Shown in pieces: positions 17,841-26,003 of a stretch of 43,677 bases of DNA. The stretch lies in the IMG/VR virus record IMGVR_UViG_3300044109_000018, positions 1 through 43,677 of that record; one strand, given 5' to 3'. Positions within the stretch are counted from its first letter, which is position 1; each line of letters starts with the position of its first letter. The stretch comes from a virus (lineage: Duplodnaviria; Caudoviricetes). The notes below the pieces were generated by a model. The model made no database searches. It was not told where the DNA came from and was given only the letters and a program-made list of their open reading frames with translations. The translations under genes were made by a program, and so were the position numbers.

Positions 17841-17934
17841 ATCTTACCCCCAAAGGCCGAGAATTGTCAGCCTTTTCGGCAGACAGAATTGAAAGTCGAT
17901 TGTGCTTTACACCTTACCCCCTAAGGCGTATACT
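17841..17934. promoter_or_regulatory. Divergent sigma70-like promoters sharing operator CTTACCCCCWAAGG
   Basis: Right: TTTACA(17906)-17-TATACT(17929). Left: CTGACA-18-TAAGAT. Operator copies at 17843-17856 and 17913-17926. Confidence 0.7.
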
Positions 17935-17941
17935 TCTCGGT

Positions 17942-18211
17942 ATGGCAACCCCGAATCTCGACGGCATCTACGACGACGCTGGACGTTACCTGGCACCTGC
18001 TGCCGTCGTGCTTACTAGCAGACCGGCAGGCCCCTGGGATGCCAACGTGGCGCCCCACGCGGTCTACGCCTTCCATCAGCCCGCCTTTGATGGCCAGGGC
18101 CCTGGCTTCGCCCTCTACCACATCATCGGGGGCGAGTCGGACAAGTCCACGGTGAGCGCGTTCACCCTGCAGGCGTTGGGGATCGCGGTTCCGCTTCAGG
18201 TGGCCGCGTGA
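17942..18211 (+). CDS. Hypothetical protein, probably leaderless (89 aa)
   Basis: ATG 7 nt after TATACT. Confidence 0.6.
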   Translation: MATPNLDGIYDDAGRYLAPAAVVLTSRPAGPWDANVAPHAVYAFHQPAFDGQGPGFALYHIIGGESDKSTVSAFTLQALGIAVPLQVAA

Positions 18212-18354
18212 TGGCCTACTACCTCCATGTCACGTACCCGAACGGCACGGTCCTCACCCTGGCCTCCGCCACCCGGTTGCTGCGGGCGCTCTGGATCATC
18301 TCGCTGGCTGACAAGCCCGTCACCCTGCGTCCGGAAGATCGGGAGGTCGCGTAA
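18211..18354 (+). CDS. Hypothetical protein (47 aa)
   Basis: MAYYLHVTYPNG...EVA; TGATG and TAATG overlaps. Confidence 0.55.
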   Translation: MAYYLHVTYPNGTVLTLASATRLLRALWIISLADKPVTLRPEDREVA

Positions 18355-18683
18355 TGACGTGTCATTACCGCAAGCGCTTCGTCCCGGACTCCACGATTCG
18401 CGCGAGGATGGACGCACGCGATCGCCGCTTCGACGCCGAGCAGCGCGCCAAGTTCCCGCATCTCTTTCCAGAGGACGCCCCGACCGAAGGCCCGCTGGTC
18501 ATCCGGTATGTCGATCTGGTGCCGGCGCCGCACGCCAGCGGTCCCGTCCGGAACGTGGGCCTGCAGCCCGCCCAGACCGTGCCAGGCTGCCGGGTGTGCT
18601 TGCTCGGGACGGGGGCGATCGTCGAACTGGTGGATCTGATCTGTCCGACGTGCGGGATGGACTACCGGGAGCGTGGAGAGTGA
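18354..18683 (+). CDS. Zinc-finger protein (109 aa)
   Basis: CRVC...CPTCG; GGAGG SD. Confidence 0.6.
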   Translation: MTCHYRKRFVPDSTIRARMDARDRRFDAEQRAKFPHLFPEDAPTEGPLVIRYVDLVPAPHASGPVRNVGLQPAQTVPGCRVCLLGTGAIVELVDLICPTCGMDYRERGE

Positions 18684-18922
18684 GCTGCGGTCCCGGATGC
18701 GGGGGCTGCGGAAGATGTTCCAGCGGCGGACGCCCGGACGAAATTTGCGCCGATTGCTCGACCGGCTGCTGGCCTGGACGCTTCGACGTCGCGCCGTTCC
18801 TCTGTGATGAATGCTACGCCATGCGGGAGCGGTGGGCCGCCGAGCAGGAAGCGAAGTCCAACGCCCGGAAGATGATCAAAGCCTCCTTCCCGTTCATTCC
18901 GAAGAAGAAGGGTGCAGCCTGA
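18680..18922 (+). CDS. Cys-rich small protein (80 aa)
   Basis: CGPGCGGCGRC..CADC..CDEC; GTGA overlap. Confidence 0.55.
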   Translation: MSCGPGCGGCGRCSSGGRPDEICADCSTGCWPGRFDVAPFLCDECYAMRERWAAEQEAKSNARKMIKASFPFIPKKKGAA

Positions 18923-19224
18923 TGAGCGAGACGAAGCACACACCGGGACCGTGGCGGGCCGAGGAGAGCGCGCACCAGCAAGAGTTCTCGCACTGGATCG
19001 GCACGACGTCGCTGAAGGTCATGCCGCGCCAGTCGACGATCGCCGCCGTGCTCAACGCGGGCAGCGAAGAGTCGGCCGCCAACGCTCGCCTGATCGCCGC
19101 CGCGCCGGAGCTGCTCGCCGGCTGCCGGGCGCTCCTGGCGATCTATGACGAACATCTTGGCGGCTCGGGGCTGCAGGGTGTGCGAGACGCGCGCGCCGCG
19201 ATCGCGAAAGCGGAGGGACGCTGA
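18922..19224 (+). CDS. Conserved phage protein, HTPGPW/ANARLIAAAPELL type (100 aa)
   Basis: Both signature motifs present. Confidence 0.8.
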   Translation: MSETKHTPGPWRAEESAHQQEFSHWIGTTSLKVMPRQSTIAAVLNAGSEESAANARLIAAAPELLAGCRALLAIYDEHLGGSGLQGVRDARAAIAKAEGR

Positions 19225-19415
19225 TGGCTGTCCGCCCCGACAACCCCACGAAGGCGTACCTCGGAGACGGCGTCTACGTCTCGAACTACTGGGGCGATCT
19301 GAAACTGGAGACCGATCGCAACGGCGTGACCCATTGGATCGTGCTGGAGCCCCAGGTCTATCGGGCGCTCCTCGACTACGTGGCGGCGCAGGTTGCGAAG
19401 GCGGAGGGACGCTGA
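19224..19415 (+). CDS. Conserved phage hypothetical protein (63 aa)
   Basis: YLGDGVYV...IVLEPQVY motif. Confidence 0.7.
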   Translation: MAVRPDNPTKAYLGDGVYVSNYWGDLKLETDRNGVTHWIVLEPQVYRALLDYVAAQVAKAEGR

Positions 19416-19624
19416 TGATGACCCACAAGGGACCGTACCTCGTCATGCGCTACGCGCCTCGCATCGGCTACCCGGCGAGCGCCCAGAAGATCGTCACCGT
19501 GGCCGCGCGGACCCACACGCTCACCGGCGCGATCGGGGACATCACGGCCCGCGGCCGACGGCTCTCTGGCGGGTACTGGATCGCGAAGGCGGGACAACCA
19601 GCCCACCGGACGATGAAGACGTAG
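19415..19624 (+). CDS. Hypothetical protein (69 aa)
   Basis: TGATG overlap, GGAGG SD. Confidence 0.5.
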   Translation: MMTHKGPYLVMRYAPRIGYPASAQKIVTVAARTHTLTGAIGDITARGRRLSGGYWIAKAGQPAHRTMKT

Positions 19625-19972
19625 GTGGGTTACTACCAGCGGACCAAGTACCCCAAGCCCGAGATCGGCGCCGTCACTCGGCGCGTCCGCGATCTGAAGG
19701 ATGCGAAGGCCGAACGGATCTGTCGCGCATTCGTGAGACGCCGAGACGAAAAGCGCTGCATCATCCCGCGCTGCCGGCGGTACGGGAAGCACATGCACCA
19801 CATCGTCTACCGCTCGAAATCGAAAGGCCTGCGCTGGGCGACGTCGAACACGTGCCTCCTCTGTGTGGATCATCACCGCCTGGAGCACGCGGGCGAGATC
19901 ACGATCCGAGGGAACGCGGACGCCAAGCTCGTCATCACCGGAGACGTCAACCGCTTGAGCTTCCGGCTGTGA
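19625..19972 (+). CDS. HNH endonuclease (NinG-like)
   Basis: RRDEKRCIIPRC...HMHHIVYRS...NTCLLCVDHH..EH. Confidence 0.8.
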   Translation: MGYYQRTKYPKPEIGAVTRRVRDLKDAKAERICRAFVRRRDEKRCIIPRCRRYGKHMHHIVYRSKSKGLRWATSNTCLLCVDHHRLEHAGEITIRGNADAKLVITGDVNRLSFRL

Positions 19973-20022
19973 CCTACCCTGTCATCAGGCGGGTGTAGAC
20001 CAGCCAAACGGACACGAGACAA

Positions 20023-20542
20023 GTGGGCACTCCGAGAATCGATCCCGTCCAGCGTTTCATGCGCTTCGTCGCGCCTGACCCGACGACCGGGTGTTGGGTG
20101 TGGACGGGCTCCATCAGCACGAACGGCTACCCGCAGTTTCGAATGGCGAAGAAGGACTCGCCGCTGGGCGCGCATCGCGCGGCCCTCATTATTCTCCGCG
20201 GCATGCAACTCCCCAGCGGGCGCCAGATGCATGTGGATCACGTCTGCGGCAACAAGCTGTGTGTAAACCCCGGACCATCTCGAGCTCGTGACGGCCGCCG
20301 TGAACCTAGCGCGGGCCGCCGCGAACCAAGCGCGCAAACATCCGTCTCGACGGGGTCATCCGTCGGCGACGTGTCGGCGGGGTCATCTGTTCACCGACGC
20401 CACCACCTCCTGCCGGTCCGACGGCACGCGGGGATGCAAAACCTGTCGCGACCTTCGTCTGGCCCTTCGTCGCCAAGAAGCTGATCGGCGTCGACAGGTT
20501 TCGCGCGCGGTGTTAGCATCCTGGCCGGATGCACTCTCTTAG
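20023..20542 (+). pseudogene. HNH homing endonuclease with +1 frameshift
   Basis: GCWVWTG..NGYP..AHR..DHVCGNKLCVN in one frame; PDHLELVTAAVN...CRRGH...CKTC continues in +1 frame after AAACCCCG near 20270. Confidence 0.8.
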
Positions 20543-20548
20543 TGCATC
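20491..20548 (+). promoter_or_regulatory. Sigma70-like promoter and 5' hairpin for the attP-adjacent gene
   Basis: TCGACA-17-TAGCAT with TG extension; GATGCACT/AGTGCATC stem. Confidence 0.55.
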
Positions 20549-20569
20549 GCATCGAAGGAGGACACACCT

Positions 20570-20860
20570 ATGGACCCCACCAAGACCCGCATCGCCGGAG
20601 ACTTCACCGTCGAGACCACCTACAACCCGCCGCTGCTCGCGCGCCTGGACGATGGCCGGATCGTCCGGATCGAGCATCTCGGAAACGCCGCCGGACACTC
20701 CCCCGCCTACATGGGCTGGGATGAGCAGGGCCGGCCGGTGCTCGAATCGATCGCCCGCTTCACGACGCTCGACGTCGCCCGCATCGCGCCCTCCCGCGCG
20801 CAGGTCGAGCGGCTCTTCGGCACGGTCAACACCCAGGTGATGACGGAGAGCGAGCGGTAA
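20570..20860 (+). CDS. Hypothetical moron-like protein (96 aa)
   Basis: AAGGAGGA SD; own promoter. Confidence 0.7.
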   Translation: MDPTKTRIAGDFTVETTYNPPLLARLDDGRIVRIEHLGNAAGHSPAYMGWDEQGRPVLESIARFTTLDVARIAPSRAQVERLFGTVNTQVMTESER

Positions 20861-20863
20861 GGG

Positions 20864-21101
20864 CTGGCGCGTTTCTGGCGCGATCGGCGCCGGAGCCATC
20901 TGGAAATGCCTGGAGTTTTTTGCACCCTTCGCCTTCGGCCGCCGTGACTCCCCGCCGCGCGCAGGGCGCGGATTCAGGGCCGGTTTGATTGGCTGAAGGG
21001 CTGAAGGCCTGCGCTCAGCGACACGGCTTAGAAGGCCGGTGCTCTATCCAACTGAGCTACGGGCGCAATGACTTACGAGGATTGACGCGATCTCTGGCGC
21101 A
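20864..21101. other. attP: tRNA core flanked by arm-type repeats
   Basis: CTGGCGCG at 20864 and 20875; TTGACGCG at 21082 and CTGGCGCA at 21094; adjacent to integrase stop. Confidence 0.75.
21024..21066 (-). tRNA. 5' half of tRNA-Arg(UCU), attP core; not a full tRNA
   Basis: GCGCCCGTAGCTCAGTTGGATAGAGCACCGGCCTTCTAAGCCG: acceptor 5' strand, D arm, anticodon arm with TCT; no T arm. Confidence 0.9.
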
Positions 21102-21109
21102 GCGAAAGG

Positions 21110-22252
21110 TCACCCGCCTTTGAACCCGCCGGCCGCCCGGACCGCCGCGATCGCCGCCGCGCGGATGGGGTCGATCGCGCGCTTCCCGTAGCGCTGCGCC
21201 GTCGCCGGACTCTTCTGCCGCATCAGGAGTTGGACGACGGGCAGGTTCCCACCGGTCTTCTCGTAGACCTCGGTCGCCCACGAATGCCGGAGGTCGTACG
21301 GCCGGATGCCTGACAGCTCGAGCTTACTGCACGCCCGCTGAAACGACGCCCACATCGCCGAGTGGGAGAATCCGCCCAGCCCGCCGGCTTCGACCAGGGC
21401 GCCGAGCGCCGCCGCCCCTTCCTCAGTCAGCGGTTGCGCGGTGCCTTTCGTGCCTTTCCCCTTCCGGCGTCCGGCAATCCAGACCCACGGGAGCGGTGCG
21501 TCCAGGTGCAGATCGCTCGAGCCGACGCGCTTCAGCTCGCCGTGTGACAGGCCGACGTAGGCGATCACCCGCAAGCGGAGCTTCGTCAGCGAGATCGTCG
21601 GTCGGGTGCCTGACCCGTCCGGCCGGCCGCGATCGGGAAGATGTGACAGCAGCGCTTCGACCACATCGTACGGCAGGCCGCGCGCGTCCCCGTCCGGTTC
21701 CTCCGCTTCACTGATCTCCCGGACCGGATTGTCCGCTCGCCGGCCGTCGAGGACCGTGTAGAGGTTCTCGAGCGCGCGCAGCCGGTTGTTGACCTGGCTC
21801 GCGGAGAGCGGCACCGCGAGCTCCACCCACCGGGCGCCGTGCCGATCGATCCCGTCCGTGCGCCAGCGGCGCATGACGCGCTTCGGGCCGATCGTGAGCC
21901 AGCGATCGCGCACGGCCGCAATCTCCCACGGCTTGATCGTTGCCCTGGCCCTGGCCCCAAACTCCGCGACCCAGAGCCCGATGTGCCGCGTGCGTTCCTG
22001 CCGGTCGGGCATCGTGAGGATCGTCGTCAGGTAGTCCTGCGCATCCTTCGCGAACGTGCCGGCCGTGGCGGGCGGCGTGACGATCTTCAGCGCGTCGCGC
22101 GTTGCCTTGCGGTCGCGCTGCATGGCTTTCGGATCCGTGTCGAGCGGGTACGGCGTGTAGACGGGCCGATGCCCGGTCACCCGGACGCACGTCTGCCAGC
22201 CGGCGCCGTGCCGGCGGATCCCACGCCAGAGGGGTTTGGCTTTCTGGAGCAT
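21110..22252 (-). CDS. int: Tyrosine integrase with divergent catalytic motifs (380 aa)
   Basis: LSASQVNNRLRALENLY, RPYDLRHSWAT, VVQLLM...TAQRY; next to attP. Confidence 0.9.
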   Translation of the reverse strand: MLQKAKPLWRGIRRHGAGWQTCVRVTGHRPVYTPYPLDTDPKAMQRDRKATRDALKIVTPPATAGTFAKDAQDYLTTILTMPDRQERTRHIGLWVAEFGARARATIKPWEIAAVRDRWLTIGPKRVMRRWRTDGIDRHGARWVELAVPLSASQVNNRLRALENLYTVLDGRRADNPVREISEAEEPDGDARGLPYDVVEALLSHLPDRGRPDGSGTRPTISLTKLRLRVIAYVGLSHGELKRVGSSDLHLDAPLPWVWIAGRRKGKGTKGTAQPLTEEGAAALGALVEAGGLGGFSHSAMWASFQRACSKLELSGIRPYDLRHSWATEVYEKTGGNLPVVQLLMRQKSPATAQRYGKRAIDPIRAAAIAAVRAAGGFKGG

Positions 22253-22255
22253 CGG

Positions 22256-22780
22256 CTACGCGGGCGGCGCGCCCGCTGCGGCTTTGAACTTCACCGCCGT
22301 GCCGTACATCTGCAGGTAGAAGAACTGAAACGAGTCCGTGTCCATGTCGATGTCCTGCCGCATCCCGATGACCGCGTCGGCGCCGAGCATGGCCGCGCGC
22401 AGCTTCAGTTCCTGGACCGCGACGAAAAAGGCTTGTTCGAACTGGCTCTGCCCGACACTCCACTCACCGTAGAGAAAGCTCCAGTCCATCCGGAACGCCC
22501 CGACGGTCCCGGCGGTTCGGGCCGCGGCGATGTCCGCGGCGTACTGTTTCACCAGCTTCGAGAGCGCGCTGCCGAACAGACCCTTGTTCGACACCTGGAA
22601 ATATACGGGGCCGAGGATGTCGTAGTCGCGGCGCACGTCGCCCGTCGTCACGAGAATGAGCGCGCCCGGCGACGGCTCGCCAGCGGCGGCGACACGTCCG
22701 GGGATTAGATCCTTGCCGCAGTGTTCGCACACGCGGGACGCGTCCGCGATCTCCTTGGTGCAGTAGCGGCACTTCCTCAC
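22256..22780 (-). CDS. Zinc ribbon + YbjQ/UPF0145-like protein (174 aa)
   Basis: KCRYC.KEI...CEHCG; LVTTGD...YDILGPV...ELKLRAAMLGADAVIG...MYGTAVK. Confidence 0.8.
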   Translation of the reverse strand: MRKCRYCTKEIADASRVCEHCGKDLIPGRVAAAGEPSPGALILVTTGDVRRDYDILGPVYFQVSNKGLFGSALSKLVKQYAADIAAARTAGTVGAFRMDWSFLYGEWSVGQSQFEQAFFVAVQELKLRAAMLGADAVIGMRQDIDMDTDSFQFFYLQMYGTAVKFKAAAGAPPA

Positions 22781-22783
22781 GGC

Positions 22784-23242
22784 CTATCCTTTCCGGCGGC
22801 GGCGCAGCTTTGTTTTTCGCTGAGCAGCCCCGCGAGCACGCACGCGACGAGGGGTAGGGCCGTCGGCCGCCGTAGGACGAGGACCTGGAGTTGGTCGATG
22901 ATGCCCTTCGTCAGCTCTCTCGCTTGCGAGAGCGAGCAGCTCGGCGAGCGTCTGAACAACTCTCTCCGTGATCTGGTCGATGGGCACGATCGCGGGGAGC
23001 CCTTCGTCGGCCTTCGACGGCGCCGGAGCGGGGACGCCTTCAATGCGCGCAAAGAACGCGGACGGGGACATACCGAGTCCCTGGATCGCTTTGACGAACG
23101 TCTCGACCGCTGGGCCAAGGTTGTCGTTCGACTCCAGTTTCGAGATCGCGCTCTGATGTAGACCGCTGGCTGTGGCGATCTCGTCCTGGTTGCGGGCGCC
23201 GCGGGCACGGATGAAGGCGGCCCGGATCTGCTTCCACTCCAC
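22784..23242 (-). CDS. CI-like XRE repressor, probably leaderless (about 152 aa)
   Basis: NQDEIATASGLHQSAISKLES HTH; GTG 7 nt after TATGCT; divergent from Cro; no S24 peptidase domain visible. Confidence 0.85.
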   Translation of the reverse strand: MEWKQIRAAFIRARGARNQDEIATASGLHQSAISKLESNDNLGPAVETFVKAIQGLGMSPSAFFARIEGVPAPAPSKADEGLPAIVPIDQITERVVQTLAELLALASERADEGHHRPTPGPRPTAADGPTPRRVRARGAAQRKTKLRRRRKG

Positions 23243-23249
23243 GACGAGC

Positions 23250-23376
23250 AGCATACCGAACGGGATATTTTCGCAACTGATTGATTCCCTTGGGGATGAG
23301 GCCACGCCACAGTTTCTTTGGAAAGACGCGAATTAAACCTTGACGGGATATCCTCTAAGGGATTACCCTTCAGCTT
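23250..23376. promoter_or_regulatory. Immunity switch: divergent promoters and ATCC-N6-GGAT-like operators
   Basis: TTGACG(23340)-18-TACCCT rightward; TATGCT leftward; ATTCccttggGGAT (23284) and ATCCtctaagGGAT (23350). Confidence 0.65.
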
Positions 23377-23589
23377 GTGAAACGCATCTGGTTACGGGAC
23401 GCACGGACGCGGGCGAAGCTGACGCAGGCCGAACTCGCCGCACGCCTGGGTAAGCCGCAGTCCTACATCAGCAAACTCGAAATCGGGGAGATCGACGATC
23501 CGCCGGTCAGTCACGTGATCGCGCTGGGTCGTGAGCTGAAGGTCGATCCGTTGTCGCTACGGTTCGGGCAACGCGAGGCGGCAGCCTAA
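23377..23589 (+). CDS. Cro-like XRE HTH regulator (70 aa)
   Basis: LRDARTRAKLTQAELAARLGKPQSYISKLEIG. Confidence 0.9.
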   Translation: MKRIWLRDARTRAKLTQAELAARLGKPQSYISKLEIGEIDDPPVSHVIALGRELKVDPLSLRFGQREAAA

Positions 23590-23831
23590 TGACCACTGCG
23601 ACCGACACAACTGTGATCGCGAGCGCCGACGGGCTGACTCTTGTCGCCACACCCGAACCCTTCCCGGTGAAATCAGCAGAGGTGGAAGGGACCGAGCAAG
23701 CCCTGAGCCGTCCGCGTCTCGTGTGTTGCTGGTGTACGCCACATCACGTCATCCGCGAAGGGCCGGACCCGGTGTCGCATGGCGCGTGTCCGATTGGGGT
23801 CGCTCGGTTCGAAGCCGGGGCGACCGCATGA
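23589..23831 (+). CDS. Hypothetical protein (CCWC...SHGAC; 80 aa)
   Basis: TAATG overlap; metal-binding motif. Confidence 0.6.
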   Translation: MTTATDTTVIASADGLTLVATPEPFPVKSAEVEGTEQALSRPRLVCCWCTPHHVIREGPDPVSHGACPIGVARFEAGATA

Positions 23832-23971
23832 CCGTCGCGCGACGGTATTGGATGACTGGCGTGTGCGCGGATTGCACAACGGCCCGTAAAGAAGCCGGCC
23901 GCCGGAGCCTTGTCAAAGCGAACGCGGAGCGACGGCGCAGGGCTGGCTTGCCGGCGAAGGCGGTCGCGTGA
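23828..23971 (+). CDS. Hypothetical protein (47 aa)
   Basis: ATGA and GTGA overlaps. Confidence 0.45.
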   Translation: MTVARRYWMTGVCADCTTARKEAGRRSLVKANAERRRRAGLPAKAVA

Positions 23972-24210
23972 TCGGCTGCTGGCCGCTCGACGAACCGTTC
24001 CCGGTCGTGCTGACAGACGAACAGTTGATGCGCGTCTTGGGCGTGGGGAAGTCGACCTTCTACGCGTCGAAGAAGATCGGGCGCTATCGGAAGTTGGAAG
24101 TCTCCCCGGCCCTCACGAGGACCACGCGCTACAGCGGCGCGAAGGTCCGCGAGTGGGTCAGCGGGCAGTGGACCGAGGCGCGAACCTTCGGCGGGAGACG
24201 GACCGCATGA
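23968..24210 (+). CDS. Excisionase/AlpA-like wHTH protein (80 aa)
   Basis: LTDEQLMRVLGVGKSTFY...RYSGAKVREWV. Confidence 0.75.
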   Translation: MIGCWPLDEPFPVVLTDEQLMRVLGVGKSTFYASKKIGRYRKLEVSPALTRTTRYSGAKVREWVSGQWTEARTFGGRRTA

Positions 24211-24268
24211 CGTTCTGGCGCACCTTCCTGCGCGCGTTGTTCGAGGCCAAGGCCGAAGGGGCGATGCG

Positions 24269-24478
24269 ATGGCGTTGACCGCGACCCACCGGAAGACCTG
24301 GGCGCACGGCGTGATGAGCGAGACCGTGATCGCGGACGGGGAGATCCGCTACACCGTGCGGAAACACGAGCGGACGGTGTTCGCGGCGGCCGTCCCCTGG
24401 ACCGCGTCCCCTCGTCGCATGTCGGAGATGACGCACCTGCAGGAGTCGGCGGCGCGGGCGGCGGAGCTGCTCGCATGA
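24269..24478 (+). CDS. Hypothetical protein (69 aa)
   Basis: ORF in early operon. Confidence 0.45.
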   Translation: MALTATHRKTWAHGVMSETVIADGEIRYTVRKHERTVFAAAVPWTASPRRMSEMTHLQESAARAAELLA

Positions 24479-24648
24479 AGAAAGCTCAACCCGTCAATCG
24501 GCCACCCGACAAACTTCCACCGCCGCTGCGTCGACACGTCGAAGGCTGTCTCGGCGCGGGCCGGATCCCGGTGGCGCAGTGTGCGTGCGGCGGGCGAGAC
24601 GTGGTGAAAGGGAAGTAAGGGCCGATGACCGACCGTAGAGAGTGAGTT

Positions 24649-24822
24649 CGCTAGAGCTATCGGGTCTCGCCTACGCCCACTGGACGCGCTCGGCTGAAGC
24701 GGTGGAGGCACGACGCGCGCGGACCGATGGCCGGGCCTCTAGCGTGATTTTTGTAAGTGGAGGAGGGCGGGGAGAGTAGTCGACCGCGGCAGCTCGTTCC
24801 AGGCTGCCGCGGTCAGCCCCGC
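24649..24822 (+). other. Two large hairpins upstream of the serine recombinase
   Basis: CGCTAGAG/CTCTAGCG closing nested stems; perfect 12-bp GACCGCGGCAGC/GCTGCCGCGGTC. Confidence 0.55.
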
Positions 24823-24874
24823 TTCAGGGTCAGGTGGACAGGACGGATGTGGAGCCGTCGAGCCAATGTCGAGT

Positions 24875-24951
24875 ATACAACGGGTAGTAGGCACCGCCTC
24901 GATCGAGCGCGATGTATTGGGGCGAAAATTCCAAAACACAAAATGTAGTGG
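24875..24951. promoter_or_regulatory. Tandem NrdR-box-like sites
   Basis: ACACAAAATGTAGTGG (24936) matches acaCwAtATaTwGtgt at 13/16; weaker copies at 24907 and 24875. Confidence 0.45.
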
Positions 24952-24973
24952 TGCCGGCGTTGGTGCTGCCGAG

Positions 24974-25759
24974 ATGCAACCGACCGGTGACGTCACAGCT
25001 GGCCGGTTACATCACGGCGCTAACGCGATCGGCTACGCGCGCGTCAGCACAGAGGAACAGGCGGAGGACGGCTACTCGCTCGACGTGCAGACGGCGCGGA
25101 TTCGCGCGATGGCTGTGGCGCAGGGCGTGACGCTCGCGGAGGTGATTCTCGACCCGGGCGAATCGGCGAAGTCTCTCAATCGTCCCGGTATGGCGCGACT
25201 GCTCGCGCTCGTGGACGCGCGCGCGGTCGACACCGTCATCATCGCGAAGTTGGACCGCCTGACCCGGTCGCTCGTTGACCTGGCCGCCTTACTCCAACGC
25301 TTCGATCGCCGCGGCGTGGCGCTCGTCAGCGTGGCGGAGACCCTCGATACAGGCTCGGCGATGGGCCGCATGATGCTGCACTTCATCGTCCTGCTGTCGC
25401 AGTGGGAGCGGGAGGTGATCGGCGAGCGCACGCGGGAGGCGCTGCAGTACAAACGGGCCAACTGGGAACGCGTCGGCACGATCCCGTTCGGGTATCGGCT
25501 CGCCGAGGACGGCGTCCACCTTGAGGCGGACGAGGACGAGCAGGCCCTCGTCGCGCAGCTCCGGGCGCTCAGGGCTCAAGGTCGCAGTCTCCGCCAGATC
25601 GCCGACGCGTTGAATGCCGCTGGCTGGACCACGCGGCGCGGCACGGCTTGGCGGTTCGAGTACGTCGCGCGCGTGCTGGCTTCCGCGCTCCGGATGGCCA
25701 AGGCTCGGCTCGAACCGCAGCAACCGCGACTTTTTGAAGAGGGCCGGAAACATGGGTGA
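24974..25759 (+). CDS. Serine recombinase, resolvase + recombinase domain (about 261 aa)
   Basis: GYARVSTEEQ, SAKSLNRPG, KLDRLTRS, ERE.IGERT, PFGY, SLRQIADALN. Confidence 0.92.
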   Translation: MQPTGDVTAGRLHHGANAIGYARVSTEEQAEDGYSLDVQTARIRAMAVAQGVTLAEVILDPGESAKSLNRPGMARLLALVDARAVDTVIIAKLDRLTRSLVDLAALLQRFDRRGVALVSVAETLDTGSAMGRMMLHFIVLLSQWEREVIGERTREALQYKRANWERVGTIPFGYRLAEDGVHLEADEDEQALVAQLRALRAQGRSLRQIADALNAAGWTTRRGTAWRFEYVARVLASALRMAKARLEPQQPRLFEEGRKHG

Positions 25760-26003
25760 ACGGAGCGGCTGGTCGGCGGTGGTGACGTTCGAGTCGGACC
25801 GGGGTGAGCCGACCTGCGTCCGCACGACGATCGACGATCCTGAGCCTGACGTCGCCGCGCGGAAGGCCGTCTTTCGGGCCTTGCGTGAAGGCAAGCCGCG
25901 GAAGTACGAGAGCGTCGTGATCGTGCTGACCGAACGGTTCGATCCGGCGCCGGCCTCCGCGGATCCTCCGTCAGTCGACGTGCCTCAGCCGGTGACGACA
26001 TGA
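25752..26003 (+). CDS. Hypothetical protein (83 aa)
   Basis: Overlaps recombinase end; coupled to next gene. Confidence 0.55.
   Translation: MGERSGWSAVVTFESDRGEPTCVRTTIDDPEPDVAARKAVFRALREGKPRKYESVVIVLTERFDPAPASADPPSVDVPQPVTT

Noticed and set aside
21024-21066. Functional phage-encoded tRNA
   Set aside because: No T arm or 3' acceptor strand; it is an att core.
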